Assembly (NCBI GenBank): GCA_964247055.1
Contig: OZ176051.1
Location: forward strand, 1,302,001 to 1,366,000
Reading direction: 5' to 3'
From: Paragordius varius
Taxonomy: Eukaryota; Animalia; Nematomorpha
DNA: 64,000 nucleotides
Shown: positions 10,459 through 25,532 of the stretch, piece after piece
Position numbering within the stretch: the first letter of the stretch is position 1
How the letters are laid out: each line of letters starts with the position of its first letter
Notes under the pieces: model-generated
The model's database searches: none
What the model saw: the letters and a program-made list of their open reading frames with translations, nothing else
Told to the model about the DNA's origin: nothing
Program-made: the position numbers and the translations under genes

Positions 10459-13400
10459 TTATTTACAAGGGCACAATCTAGAAACCAAAGGTTTTTGTCT
10501 ATATCGAGAACATATGCTATCATCAATTAAATCTTTTAACGAGGGGTCTTTAACACAAAAAACTGACCGATACTGTAATGTTGGGCTGAAATATAGAGAG
10601 GATTCGTTTTTCGAATGGTATGATGGAATAGTTGTATTAGCTTCCTTTGTTGTTTCGCGGCAGAAACAAGGTTGCCAGTATCCTAACCACCAAAATGGGA
10701 GACAAGTAAAATTATTGCATTTTCGGGATAAAGTTGCTTTGGGTTTTGGTTGAGGACAAAGTTTATCGCTCACTTTGAGTCCAGATATGGAATTGGCACA
10801 AAAATAAGCCTTACTTTGTGTGCCACCCCATTTGTTGTTATTAGAATTTTCAAAAGTACATTTTTTATTGCATGGACTCCAATCAGTTAATGTCCAGGCG
10901 TATGATGCGTTGGTTGGATCATTGTAATTTAAACTTATGTTTGACTTTACAGATTTGTGATAATAGGTGATAGATATATTGATCGAAACATTTAACTGAG
11001 TAATAATAACATTAACGATCAGATCTTTTTCGAGTGGACCCAAGATAGAAATAAATTCTTGCTGACTTTTTTCAGTTGAAGTATAGTTATAAACTACGGC
11101 TTTTACAGCTGATGAGGTTTTTACCCTATGCACCCCAAACCAGGTGATTGTTAAATTGCCATTAAGCATATATTCGGCATCCTGTGCATAAGTCAGCGCT
11201 AGTTAATTAGCATTCTCACTCATTTCTTGAATGGTTATTTGTGTTGCATCTTTTGGAATGGTTGCTACACTCAAATACGAGCTTGCATTGTTCTCCAAAA
11301 AACTATTCTCAACTTGACTTGTGTTTAGAAAAACATAATTTTCCACTTTTTTGCAATTTTTATTGCGTCCATCACAGATGAGACAATTATCTTTCTTAGC
11401 TCGGCTCTCGAGTCGTCGATCGCAAGCTATCGGATGACAACGCCCTTCTATACAAACACCATCTATATATATAAAACAAACGAATTATTTAAGATAAAAA
11501 AATAATAATAAGCTTAAAGAGTTTCCTATTATCCAGCTTTTGTCAAATAAAACTGTCAGAGTTCAAGATAATCGTTTATTTTACTTATGCACCGTTTACC
11601 CCATAAAAAAATAGTATTTTTAATCAATATTTGTAATATAATTGCAAAATAACTTTTACTTACTGTATTCGATATCATTTTTAATATCTAGTGGCGTGTG
11701 TTCAAAACTAGCAATGTCCATATTACACAATGTCCCATCTCGTAAACTGTGAGCGTAGGAATCAATCATTTCTAAGCTAACATTTTTCGTAATATTTGGA
11801 TGTGAAATTAAACTTTGAGATTCATTTAGTTTTTCCTGGTTTGGCACGGATGATTGATATTGCGATTGAATATTTTTGCAGTTTAAATGACAGGCAGGCG
11901 CGCCATACATGATGGTTTGATAGTCAAAAATCCAAGTTGAATTGCATATTCCTTTAACTTTACATCCATACTCCTGGCATTGGTAATTGGGATTGTATTC
12001 TGCTTAAATATATTGTAATTGATTATGAGTTAATTACAGTAAAAATGGAAATTTTACGGACAAAATGTAACAATATATAGACAATTTTTTTTAAAAAATC
12101 AAGATGGAAAAAGTATGGTTGTTTTTTAGAAAAAAATATTTGTCTTATTTTCACGTTTTGTCCGTTTAATTTCAATTTTTACTGTAAAGCTGTTGATATA
12201 AAAATGTTTTGCCAGAGTTCCAATAATAACACTTCTGATTATAATAATGTTTTTATACAATTATATATAAGTTGAATTTAGCACCAAATAAGAAAAATAT
12301 AGATTATGATATATTTCAATGCCATTAGATACAAATTTATCGTTTACCCTAAATATAATATTATCAATATTTTGAGAATTTAGGTTATTCCCTTCTTGCA
12401 AAGTGCTAGGATGCGCTTTAATATACGACAATTCCCCTATTCCGACTCTAATCTGAACGAAAATTAATTACTTTTAATATGATTAACGTATTGTGCAAAA
12501 TATAAATATCTGTTTTTTTTTCAATAATATTTACCTAAAAAAACTTAACTTTTATTAATTATTATGTTTTCATAATATTACCTTCATACTCATTTTCTTT
12601 CTTACAATCCCTTAAGTTGCATGTTTTATAGCGGGTTTTTCGACCAACACAAAAGGTCCCATCGTTTGTCGGACTTTATTAATTTATTAGATATGATACA
12701 ATATAACTTCAAATATACCATTTGCAGTTCAAATTCACCCTTAAGCAATTCAAATTCACCCTGTTTTTTAAGATTAAAAATTACCTATATTTTTTTATAT
12801 TTTTTAAAAATGGAATTTCGTTTAAAATTAATATAATACTGAAAAATATAAGCCACAAAGATACATTTTATATTGATAATGAGTTATATTTTCAGAAGAC
12901 ATAATTCATTTTTAGGGTGAATTTGAATTGTTCGGGGGTGAATTTGAATTTCAAATGGTATATTACTAATTCTGATTATAGAAAAAGAGTATATTATAAA
13001 AATTGATTCTTTATTACACATTGGTTATATGATATTTTTAATCGATATATTACTTTGTATATTAGAGGCCCTTAATTCGGAAATTATAGTAAAATATAAA
13101 AATACCATATTAATAAAACATAAATGGTAAATAAATTATCATCAAAACAATTTATCTTAATTTTCTTAAACCATAAATAAATTACATGGGATTATCACAT
13201 GCCCGAGTTGATTTGGAAAGACCTATACCGCAAGATTTACTACACGGAGGCCAAGGGCCCCAATGTCCCCAATTACCAATTTGTTGGAAAGTTTTATCAT
13301 TAAGTTGTCTGAGATTCTGAGTTACTGCAATACATTCCTTGTTGTAACACCATTTATTAACTCCACAATAGGTGCCATCCTCAACCATTTTCATTTTACT

Positions 13401-16020
13401 GATGCATTTACCATTCACTTTACACCAGAGTGTACCACTGCATATATCCTGTTTTAGTTATCAAAAGTGAGATTTGATATATATCTTGTAAAATTTTAGA
13501 AAATTAAACAGTAATATTTCATATTATTTTATGTTTATATTACTGGTCAATTGTAACTCATAATCAAAATTATGAATCAAATCAGACCGTAAATTTTTTT
13601 AGAATACCATGATATATTTGATATATAATTTTAGTGTCTTTAGAGATCTAATCTTGTAATCTATTTAATAAATATTTGTGATTATTTCATAATTGTGTTA
13701 AAATTAAATTATGTACAAATAAAATATATATAGTATTGAGTATATCTCTAAAATAAATGGGAGTTATCTAAATAACAAAATTTAAATTAATAATATAATT
13801 AACCATCCAAATTTTGGGGTAGCTTGCGATTCCAAAATATTTAAGCAAAATTTTATTCAGAATATAATGGGACAAAAAATCAATTATTATAATAATTATG
13901 ACCTTAAAATTTGAAATATGTAAGGACTATATCTGTGGACGAACTTTGAATATTCATATATATAAAAATCAAATTTATATTTTTAGTACGTAAATATTAA
14001 TATATACTTCTATACCGGGACAATATGTGGTATTTGGTAGCCCCATGTTCAATTGGCATTGGTGATCTAGGTTGTATTGTGTTCCCAAAAAATCGGTGGC
14101 TATTTTGGCTTGCAAAACTGGATCGTACGGTTTAAAGTGTAAAATGGTAAAGTTTCGATAAACATCCAGAAATATTGAAGGTGTATCTATAGATTCTAAG
14201 GTTACATGTTTTATGATATGACTTAAATTATTTTCTTGTCCATCCACAGTTTTCAAATGTTGAATTAAGTGTTGAGACAAATTCTTTTCATAAGCCTCTG
14301 TGCCGATGACTGTCACGTATTGAATAAAGGGTTCAATATATAATAAAATTGATTCTTTTTCTATGATAGTTTTTGGTGGATGGGAGGAGGACATATTGTC
14401 GCCGTTTGCCATTAAACAATCTGCATTTTGTTTTTGAATGAAACCAGTTAACTCTTGATAACTACAGTTTGACCATATAAGATCGGCCTCTAAACTTTGC
14501 GGTAACTGAGAATCCATAATGTATGTCATTTTTTTGGATTCATTATTTTGCTTTTTTTGAATTCGATTATTAACATTGTGCCTTAAACAAAATTCCATTG
14601 TATCATGTTTCATACCTAATCTAACACCAACGCCAATAGATGGCCAATATATAAACTTATTCAAAAAAAATTATTTTATTTAAGACCGATAAATGCAAAA
14701 ACGTTAATTTTGAATTTATTATTTTGGATGTCATATTTTACAGTAAAACTTTTGTATTAGATAAATTATTTTGTGTTATTAAGATTTAAAACCCCATATA
14801 ATATTAATTTTGAAACCATGAAATACTTTATTAATATTTAAAAAATGGTTTTATTCCTAAATACATTCATAGCAAAAAATTATATCTAAGTAAGATAATC
14901 TCTTTGTCATTTAGACTGGGATTCCCAGACCGTTTACACACCTTTAAATCCAGGTTATAAAGTAAAATACAGTATTTTTACCTTTTATATTTATAAAGTA
15001 TTTGGTTTTTTCATAAGCATCTTATTAATTTTCTTTTGCTCAAAAGTATTCCCCCAAAATTTTTTTTATCTCAAGGAAGTAAAAAAAGGAAAGAAATAAT
15101 GTACAAATGTCCGATCTCATGAGCAATAGTGAATGCTGTGCTTAGTCCAGTATCTTCTGCAATAACACAACTTCTGCCATTCTGACAAATGGAACCGACT
15201 TCGGCCATCCCTAAAGTATTACAAGGCGTGTAATTCTGAGCGCATAAATCTAATCTAGTAGATTAAACATCCTTAAGAATGTGAAATCAACTTTTTATTT
15301 ATTAAACGAACATTTTTTAAAATATAATTGTTCAGTTTATTTACCTCATTTCTAAATGTTAAAATTGCAAAAAATAATTCTATGAAGGAAAAAATATTTT
15401 GTTAGCATGATGGCCACGTGATAAGATGGAACCAACTGACTTTCATTGAATAATGTGTATTGCCAAGCACAGAAGCTTTTTAGGTAATCATCGGCATTGA
15501 TTGTCATATTAACGGATTTAGGCTTAATGTTATAAAATCAAAACTCTGATTATAAAATAATTTTATTAAAAAAATTAAAAAATTTAAAAATTACGATTGT
15601 CTTCAAATGTATCATAGAGTTCCATTCTATGGTAAGAGGGAATCCGAAACTTGAGCGTTTAAATATGGAGTTAACCTTAATGTATAAATAATGTTCATTT
15701 CATAAAAATATTAATGAAAATAAAAAAGCTAACCAAAATTTGAATGGATTTAGGAAGGTTGGAATTGTTTATGAAATTAAAAAACTTAAAATTTACCGGA
15801 GTATATGTAGATATTGACTTACCGAATGCATCAAAGTATATATGTAAGCTTCAACATCATAGTTTTTGTAATGCAAAACAAAAGATTGATCAGTAAAAAC
15901 TATGGCTTTGATTATCATCGCCTCTAACATTGTGGATGTGATGTGGGACGCAGAATCTTCTGTAATAGAATTAGCGTAGATTATATAAAAACATTGCAAA
16001 CTCAAAATCAGAAAATGTAT
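10459..16020 (-). pseudogene. ADAMTS-family metalloprotease, copy U2, disrupted
   Basis: Same exon set. The signal-peptide ATG reads ATA at 16018-16020. Tyr>TAA at 11203-11205 (ANYL to AN*L) in the spacer exon. Confidence 0.87.
12712..12964. mobile_element. MITE family A, ADAMTS intron 6, U2
   Basis: Same termini and position as in U1. Confidence 0.72.
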
Positions 16021-16358
16021 TTTTGAATACTTTTAACATAACGTAAAAGATTTTTTTCTTACAATCGCATCGCACCAAATGTTATTCGGAATATGCTGCA
16101 TTAACTTAATACTTGCTTTAATTATTAATGAAAATATTCAATGGCTCATATTTCCATACTTATGCCTATATGAAAAATACTAACTATATTTATATATACA
16201 TTGTTGCAAAAGATAATTGTTTATATCAAACACAATAACATTAATTTGAGTGTGGGAAATGCAAGTTAGTATGGTATGGTGAGAAGTTGACTGTTTTATT
16301 GAAAACGCGTTACGCAGTTTGAGTAAATTTACACTTGTTTTGTCGCGTACAATTTGAG

Positions 16359-16612
16359 ATGGAAACAGATAATAATGAAATGAAACCTCAGGTCCTACCT
16401 CCCCCATATAAGGAAGAAATTGAACGTCAAGCTCCAATGTTGGAAAACAATAATGGAGCCATTATATATCCAAATACTACCCAATTAATAACGCAAAATC
16501 AAACATCGGCTGCCTTTCAGAATGGTTATTTATAATAAAATAATATTTTTTTGCAGGATACCATCATGGCGGCATTCTTCAACCCGTTTTTTATCCGCCA
16601 CATCCACCTGTG
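16359..16612 (+). CDS. Partner gene exons 1-2 (Pro-rich, PPPY), U2
   Basis: Exon 1 ends AAT G|gt. Exon 2 is cag|GA TAC CAT CAT GGC ... CCA CCT GTG|gttagt, phase-compatible (GYHHGGILQPVFYPPHPPV). Confidence 0.62.
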
Positions 16613-16680
16613 GTTAGTTATTTCATATTATTTTAAAAATTTATATGTACTTTAAAAATGTCTTTAGGAGTTTTTGATTA

Positions 16681-17400
16681 CATTGGACAACAAATTCTTC
16701 TGCCACTCGAGTTTTTTGCATTTGATATTTACTATCATTTTAACAGTAAATCTGAAATAAAAATTATAACTCCATGTATTTTTAATTTGATTTTTTCCTC
16801 TTTATCAAAATTTTACTAAAAAATGTTTTTCTTTGAAAGTATACAAGTCCCTATTTGTAATATATCATTCTAAAGAGTAATAAAAGCTCTATAAAATGCA
16901 TACTAATATGTATTACATCGACAGTTAATATTGGACACAGAGAACGACAAACGCGCGAAGCGAGAGCATTTTTTTTTAATTAATAGAATGAAAATAGCTC
17001 AAACTTTGTCTAGATGGTGATGAATGTTCAAAAAAGATAACACAAGAAAGTTTATTTGATTAAATATTTTTTTATTGCTTTTATGTCACTCAAAACAGCT
17101 AGTTTTTTGTTTTTTTTAAATTACCATCTCATCAATAATAATTTATTTTCTTTACGAGGCTGATAATTTTTAATTTTAAAGATAAAAACAAAGTTTAAGG
17201 TATTTTTGATTTTTTATTGCCATTAAATAAATTTACAGTTATAACTATGCATTTTAGTATCCACTAGGTAAAATTTATGATAATAATATTTTTTAAAAAA
17301 AGGCAAACCAAAAGCTTTTTCAAACATTTTTTTTAAATAATAAACCCTAATAATTATATTAAAATAATTTATATGATTTTCAAATTAGTTTTCTGTGATT
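16681..17400. mobile_element. Truncated, older copy of the CACTA-like element (opposite orientation) in the partner intron, U2
   Basis: Begins cattggacaacaaattc (degenerate TIR) and matches the reverse complement of about 31190-31969. Confidence 0.78.
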
Positions 17401-18470
17401 TTGATTTATATACACCTCAGAATTTTAGTACAAAGCGTTTGCTTAAGTGGTGAATTTTTGTAAAAAAACACATATTGCTTTATCTTAAAGACTTGGTTCC
17501 TGTGGTGTATTATTAACAATCATTTTTTATAAAACTAACATACTAAAACTAAGTTTTGTTAGTGGCTCTGGTTAAACCGCGGTCATAAAAATTTAACAAT
17601 CCATATAAAACCATTAAATTTTCCGGTTTTTATGGTGGAGCGAGCGCTTTTAAAATGTAATTGTTTTCTAAATTTTTTTCCCGAAACTTTGATTGAAACA
17701 GACCCAAACCGAAATTATAATTTATCCAAATATTGACATCATAATTAAATATTTTTTTATTCTTTTTATCTTTTAGATTAAATTTTAGATAATTGGCTTT
17801 GCCATTTGATTCATGAGTCGAAGGCTATGAACAAATCACTTATGATTTTATTGATAGAACAGGATGGCATAAAGAATTTTTTGATTATGGCAATGATTGT
17901 ATTATAATTCAAAATATCAATAATCAATATATTAACATGCGAAAGGTGGCTAAAACGAGTGTTTTTTATAAATATTTTTAACATAATCTACACAGATTGA
18001 TATACTTTGCTATTGCTAGATTAGTAAGTTTTTTACCCATAATTAATGGATATTTGACCTTCCAGATTTAAAAATATATCAACGGAATGGCGCATATATA
18101 AATGAAATGTGAGACTATAACTAAAACAAATCTATATGTTTTTGGGAAATTGGATAAAAATTTTATAAAAGCTTTTGGATAAATAAGACATTATGACCTT
18201 TATAATTGTTAATAAAATACATTTATTTTTGACATGCAACAATCAAAATACATATTTTGGCCCCTTAGAACATTTATACATCCATGTAATGAATATTTTA
18301 ATAATTTAATTCCCATGATATAACCCAAGAGACATCCATGAATTTGTATAAATATGATTAAAAACGAGAGTCGCCATAAATCACACAACGGAAATAATAT
18401 ATATGTTAGTTATTAAATTTTTTAGGTTAATCAAATTGAAGATATTTATAAATTACGCCTAGATATTTAT

Positions 18471-18758
18471 ATATACCATTTACAATTCAAATTTACCTTT
18501 AAACAATTTAAATTTACCCTTAAACAATTCAAATTCATCCTCAAATAAATTATATGTTTTTTAAGATTATAATTTACCTTATATTTTTATATTCGTTAAA
18601 AAAATAAAATTATGTATTAAAATAATATTGAAAAAATAAAAAACTATGCCACAAAAATATATTTCATATTAATATCTTATATTAGTTTGAAAACACATAA
18701 TTTATTTTTAGGGTGAATTTAAATTGTTCAAAGGTGAATTCGAACTGTAAATGGTATA
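18471..18758. mobile_element. MITE family A, partner intron, U2
   Basis: tataccatttaca ... tgtaaatggtata. Confidence 0.75.
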
Positions 18759-18818
18759 ATTTTAAAAATTTACTGTTAATATATAATTTTATAAGAACGT
18801 ATTTACTATTTTAGAATT

Positions 18819-19373
18819 ATGAGTTTTAACAATTTAACCTTGGTCGCCTTAACTTCAATACCGTATTGGTATGGGGTAGGGGAGGTGAAATATTGTTTTT
18901 ATGAAAAAAGACATTACAAATATTCACTTCAACAATATTATTCATGGCGCCCAGATACTTTGGAATGGGAAAGAATTGTTTTAACCGAAGATCAGTTGAC
19001 GAAAAAAATTGAACCCTTTTATAGTCATTATATTTTACATATAAAATATCCAGAAATTAAAGAAATCATATACACTAATAATTATAAGGAACAAGATTAT
19101 TCAAATGTTGATGGCAATGATAGGAATAAAGTTGCAAACATCATAAAAGAATATGTTGAAAAATACAAAGCCATGCAGAATAATGAATTGAAAACTGCTA
19201 TAAATTCATTGCCAATTAAATTATTTAAACAGTCTACGGATTTAACCACAGAACTTACAAATGTAGATCTTATCGATGATTCGACTGAAATTTCTTCCAG
19301 AAAATTTAACAGTTGGTGGCTTTTTACAGAATGTTATTTCAATAATCCGTTGTATACCATGAATATGCATTAA
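18819..19373 (+). CDS. Partner terminal ORF/exon (184 codons), unknown protein, U2
   Basis: Open in 4 units despite the AT-rich background. Preceded by a ttttag acceptor and followed by AATAAA. Confidence 0.78.
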   Translation: MSFNNLTLVALTSIPYWYGVGEVKYCFYEKRHYKYSLQQYYSWRPDTLEWERIVLTEDQLTKKIEPFYSHYILHIKYPEIKEIIYTNNYKEQDYSNVDGNDRNKVANIIKEYVEKYKAMQNNELKTAINSLPIKLFKQSTDLTTELTNVDLIDDSTEISSRKFNSWWLFTECYFNNPLYTMNMH

Positions 19374-19424
19374 GATTTTTTTTTCTGGATTTTTTAATAA
19401 AACAATTACTAAACATAACATTTA

Positions 19425-22400
19425 TTAGTTACAAGGGCACGGTCTAGAAACCAAAGGTTTTTGTTTATATCGAGAACAGACGCTATCATCAATTAAATCT
19501 TTTAGCGACGGGTCTTTGACACAAAAAACTGACCGATACTGTAATGTTGGGCTGAAATATAGAGAGGATTCATTTTTCGAATGGTATGATGGAAAAGTTG
19601 TATTAGCTTCCTTTGTTGTTTCGCGGCAGAAACAAGGTTGCCAGTATCCTAACCACCAAAAAGGGAGACAAGTAAAATTATTGCATTTTCGGGATAAAGT
19701 TGCTTTGGGTTTTGGTTGAGGACAAAGTTTATCGCTCACTTTGAGTCCAGATATGGAATTGGCACAGAAATAACCCTTATTTTGTGTGCCACCCAATTTG
19801 TTGTTATTAGAATTTTCAAAACTACATTTTTTATTGCATGGACTCCAATCAGTTAATGCCCAGATGTATGATGCGTTGGTGGGATCATTGGAATCTAAAC
19901 TTATGTTTGACTTTACAGTTTTGTGATAATAGGTGACAGATATATTGATCGAAACATTTAACTGAGTAATAAGAACATACACAATCAGATCTTTTTCGAG
20001 TGGACCCACGATAGAAATAAATTCTTGCTGACTTTTTTTGGTTGAAGTATAGTTATAAACTACGGCTTTTACAGCTGATGAGGTTTTTACCCTATGCGTC
20101 CCAAACCATGTGATTGTTAAATTGCCATTAAGCATATATTCAGCATCTTGTGCATATGTTAGAGCTAAATAATTAGCATTCTCACTCATTTCTTGAATGG
20201 TTATTTGTGTTGAATCTTTTGGAATGGTTGCTACACTCAAATACGAGCTTGCATTGTTCTCCAAAAAACTATCCTCAACTTGACTTGTGTTGAGAAAAAC
20301 ATAATTTTCCACTTTTTTGCAATTTTTATTGCGTCCATCACAGATGAGACAATTATCTTTCTTAGCACGGCTCTCGAGTCGTCGATCGCAAGCTATCGGA
20401 TGACAACGCCCTTCTATACAAACACCATCTATATATATAAAACAAACAAATCATTTAAGATAAAAAGAAATGGTTAATAAGCTTAAAGAGTTTCCTATTA
20501 TCCAGCTTTTGTTAAATAAAACTGGCGGAGTTCATGAAAATCGTTTATTTTACTTATTCACCGTTTACCCCATTGAAAAATATATTTTTAACCAATAATT
20601 GTAATATATTTGCTAAATAAATTTTACTTACTGTATTCAATATCACTTTTAATTTCTAGTGGTGTGTGTTCAAAACTAGCAATGCCCATATTACACAAAG
20701 TCCCATCTCGTAAACTATGAGCATAGGAATCGATCATTTCTAAGCTAACATTTTTCGTAATATTTGGATGTGAAATTAAACTTTGCGATTCATTGAGTTT
20801 TTCCTCGTTTGGCACGGATGATTGATATTCCGATTGAATATTTTTGCAGTTTAAATGACAGGCAGGGGCGCCATACATGATGGTTTGATAGTCAAAAATC
20901 CAAGTTGAATTACATATTCCTTTAACTTTACATCCATACTCCTGACATTGGTAATTAGGATTGTATTCTGCTTAAATAGATTTTGATTGATTATAAATTA
21001 ATTACAGTAAAATTTAAATTATACGGACAAAATGTAAAAATATAAAGACAATTTTTTTTTTCAAAAGACAACCATACTTTTTTAAACCTTAATTTATCCT
21101 ATAAAAAACATTTTTACAATCCTAAAATTAATAAAATTGATTGTGATACTAATTTACATTTCTATATTATACTTTGTAGTTTAAAACAATGAGTTTTATT
21201 TAAAAAAATCAAGATTAAAAAAATATGGTTGTCTTTTCGAAAAAAAATTTGTCTTTATGTTTTCACGTTTTGTCCGTATAATCTCTATTTAAAATGTTTT
21301 TTGCCAGAGTTCCAATAATAATAACACTTTTAAAAATTTTTTTTACATTTATAACACACCAAATAAGAAAAATATAGATTATAATATATTTTAATGCCAT
21401 CAGATACAAATTTATTGTTGACCCTAAAATAATATTATCAATATTTTGAGAATTTAGGTTATTCCCTTCTTGCAAGGTGCTTAGATGCGCCTTAATATAC
21501 GAATCTAATACTTTTAATATGATAAACGTATTGTGCAAAGCTACTCCCATACAAACGACATAAAGATATCTTTTTTTTCAATAATATTTACATAAAAAAC
21601 TTAACTTTTATTAATTACTAGTAAAAAAAATTAAACATTATACAAAAATCAGTCAAACCAGTTTTCCGTGTTTTTTTGTAAATCGGCCCTCTTTAACCTA
21701 TATTCAAATAATTTGAACATTTTAAGCTTATAATAAACACGTGATTTTATTTTAATTGGTGAATTTTGTACATATACTCGTCTACCAAAATTAATACGAT
21801 CTTTAGACATTATCTTATTTGATTTAATTTTATATCTGAGTAAATTGATATATTTTAGATTAAATTATTAAAGGAATGAAATAATGTTGGAAAAGTTAAT
21901 AAAATAAATAAAAAATTTGAAACACACTTTTCAATGGTTATAGCTACAAAGGGGGAAAACTTAAACTGAACCAACTGTTAATGAAATGCATAACCGTTAA
22001 AAAATAAACAAAACTTATTATATTACAAATAAGATTGTTTGATATTACCTTTATACTCCTTTTCTTTCTTACAATCCTTTAAGTTGCACGTTTTATACCG
22101 GGTTTTTCGACCAACACAAAAGGTCCCGTCGTTTGTCGGACTTTATTAATTTATAAGACATTATAACTTCAATAATACCATTTACAGTTCAAATTCATCT
22201 TCAAACAATTTAAATTCATTACCTATATTTTTTCAATTTTTTTTAAAAAAAAATTCGTTTAAAATTAATCTAAACTGAAAAAAATAATAAACTATGCCAT
22301 AAGATAATTTTCTCATTTATGATGAGTTATATTAGCCCGACAAGACAATTCATTTTTAGGGTGAATTTGAATTGTTCAGGGGTTAAAATGTTTAAGGGTG

Positions 22401-25400
22401 AATTTGAATTGTAAATGTATATTATAAAATCTGATTTTAGAAAAAAAAGTATATTAAAAAATTGATTCTTTAGTGAATATTGGTTATAAAATATTTTTAA
22501 TCGAAATATTACATTGTACATTAGGGGCTAAGACTACAAAACCTTAATTTGGTAAATATTGTAAAATCATCATCTACACCATATTAATCAAATTAGAAAA
22601 TATACATGATAAATAAATTATCATCAAAACAATTTATCTTAATTTTCCTAAACCATAAAAAAATCACATGGGATTATCACATGCCCGAGTTGATTTGGAA
22701 AGACCTATACCGCAAGATTTACTACAAGCTGTCCAAGGGCCCCAATGTCCCCAATTACCTATTTGCTGGAAAGTTTTATCATTAAGTTGTCTGAGATTCT
22801 GAGTTACTGCAATACATTCCTTGTTGAAACACCATTTATTAACTCCACAATAGGTGCCATCCTCAACCATTTTCATTTTACTGATGCATTTACCATTCAC
22901 TTTACACCAGAGTGTACCACGGCATATATCCTGTTTTTGTTATCAAAAGTGAGAAATTTTGAGAAAATTTATAAATAATGAACCGGTAATATACTATTCA
23001 TATTATTTTATGTATTGTAAAATATTGCTGGTCATCTTTAACTCATAATCAAAATTATAAAAATCAGACCGTAAAAGAATACTATAATATATTATAAAAT
23101 TTTAGTGTCTTTAGAAATTAGTCTTGTAATCTAGTTATATATTTGTAAATATTTCACAATTGTGTTAATATTAAATTTTGTACAAATAAAATATAACCGT
23201 TAAAATTCAATAAAGCCTAATGCCCCCCCCCCCCCCAGAAGTCCGAAGGACTTACTCGGACTGCGTAGTAGCACGAGATTTGCACTAGTATTCATATATA
23301 TATATATATATATATATAAATCAAATTTATATTTTTATTACGAAAATTTTAACATATACTTCTATACCGGGACAGTATGTGGTATTTCGCAGCCCCATGT
23401 TTAATTGGCATTGGTGATCTAAGTTGTATTGAGTTCCCAAAAAATCGGTGGCTATTTTGGCTTGCAAAACTGGATCGTACGGTTTAAAGTGTAAAATGGT
23501 AAAATGTCGATAAACATCTTGAAATATGGAAGGTGTATTTATGGAGTCTAGGGTTACATTTTGTATGATATGATTTAAATTTTTTTCTTGTCCATCCACA
23601 GTTTTCAAATGTTGAATTAAGTGTTGAGACAAATTCTTTTCATAAGTCTCTGTGTCGATAACTGTTACGTATTGAGTAAATGGTTCAAAGTATAAAAACA
23701 TTGATTCTTTTTCTATGATAGTTTTTGGTGGATGGGAGGACATATTCTCGCTTTTTGCTTTTAAACAATCTGCATTTTGTTTTTGAATGAAACCGGTTAA
23801 CTCTTGATAACTACAGTTGGACCATATAAGATCGGCCTCTAAACTTTGCGGTAACTGAGAATCCATAATGTATGGCATTTTTTTGGATTCATTATTTTGC
23901 TTTTTTTGACTTCGATTATTAACATTGTGCCTCAAACAAAATTCCATTGTATCATGTTTCATACCTAATCTAACAACAATAAAAGTAAATAATAAAAAAA
24001 ATATTTTAATTACACCGATAAATGCAAAAATTAATTTGAATTTTTATTTTGGATGTCATATTTTACAGTAAAACTTTTGTTGTAGATAATTTATTTTTTA
24101 ATAAGTATTAAAACAGCATTTAATATTAATTTTGAAAACATGAAATACTTTATTTACAGTAATTGTTATAATTAATATTAAGAATATTTATTTTAATCCA
24201 TGTGGGTTTTTTTTATCGTTTTAAAAGTTGTTTTACAATCATATAAAAAATAACACTTACATATTTATTTAAATGAACATACATGTTCCTTTTCGGTACA
24301 CATATATGAGAGATATATTAACAATGCAATATGTTCCCCTTCTCGCTACATATCTTATTAGAGAAATGGTAACATTGATGTGTTGTGCCAAAAATGGTGT
24401 TTACCATTCCTAAATACATTTATAGCAAAATAACATCTTAAATGGATCATCTCTTACTGGGATTTCTGAAGTAAAATACAGCATTTTTGTCCTTTATATT
24501 TAAAGTATTAGGTATTTTCTTAAGCATCTTGTTAATTTTCTTTTGCTCAAAAATATTCCCCCCAAATTATTTTCATTACTATCTCAAGTTTAAATAAAAG
24601 TAAAAAAGGAAATAATAATGTACAAATGTCCGATTTCATGTGCAATAGTGAATGCTGTGCTTAGTCCAGTATCTTCTGCAATGACACAACTTCTGCCATT
24701 CTGACAAATGGAACCGACTTCGGCCATTCCTAAAGTATTACATGGCGTGTAATTTTGAGCGCATAAATCTAATCTGGTACAAATGATTTTAACATCTATA
24801 AGAATGTGAATTCAACTTTTTATTTATTAAACGAACTTATTTAAAATATAATTGTTCAGTTTATTTACCTCATATCTAAAAGTTATAATTGCAAAAAATA
24901 ATTCTATGAAGGAAAAAATACTTTGTTAGCATGATGGCCACATGATAAGATGGTACCAACTGACTTTCATTGAATAATGTGTATTGCCAAGCACAGAAGC
25001 TTTTTAGGTAATCATCAGCATTGATTGTCATATTAACTGATTTAGGCTTATTTATATACAATAGTTGATTATATAATAATTTAAATAAAAAAATTAAAAA
25101 ATTTAGATATTACGATTGTCTTTAAATGTATCATAGAGTTCCATTCTATGGTAAGAGGGAATCCGAAACTTGAACGTTTAAATATGGAGTTAACCTTAAT
25201 GTATAAATAATGTTCATTTCATAAAAATATGATAAAATAAAAAAAGCTACAAAATTTGAATGGATTTAGATAGGTTATTGTTTTTAAAATTACAAAACTA
25301 CAAATTACCGGAGTATATGTAGATATTAACTCACCGAATGCATTAATGTATATATGTAAGCTTCAACATCATAGTTTTTGTAATGCAAAACAAAAGATTG

Positions 25401-25532
25401 ATCAGTAAAAACTATGGCTTTGATTATCATCGCCTCTAACAATGTGGATGTGATGTGGGACGCAGAATCTTCTGTAATAGAATTAGCGTAGATTATATAA
25501 AAACAATGCAAACTAAAAAGCAGAAAATGCAT
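19425..25532 (-). CDS. ADAMTS-family metalloprotease, copy U3, apparently intact, 9 exons
   Basis: [18 protein letters not shown] signal peptide, HEIGHLLGMKHD, Met-turn YIMD, WSNCS, TSP1 [15 protein letters not shown], Cys-rich and spacer motifs. No stop or frameshift was found in any exon; GT-AG sites are present. Confidence 0.88.
22172..22423. mobile_element. MITE family A, ADAMTS intron 6, U3
   Basis: Same family termini and repeats. Confidence 0.7.
23196..23288 (+). mobile_element. Deleted Helitron remnant (3' end only), U3
   Basis: Retains an internal accgttaaaattcaata fragment, the poly-C tract, both hairpins and CTAG|T. Confidence 0.78.

Noticed and set aside
12260-12455. Open frame in ADAMTS intron 7 ([28 protein letters not shown]...) as an extra exon
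   Set aside because: It needs a phase-0 entry while exon 7 ends in phase 1, it has indels and deletions in several units, and exon 7 already splices in frame to exon 8.
21617-22040. U3 intron-7 insertion as a minus-strand Helitron (apparent TC...CTAG)
   Set aside because: The TAG belongs to the host sequence in the empty site, and there is no 3' hairpin.
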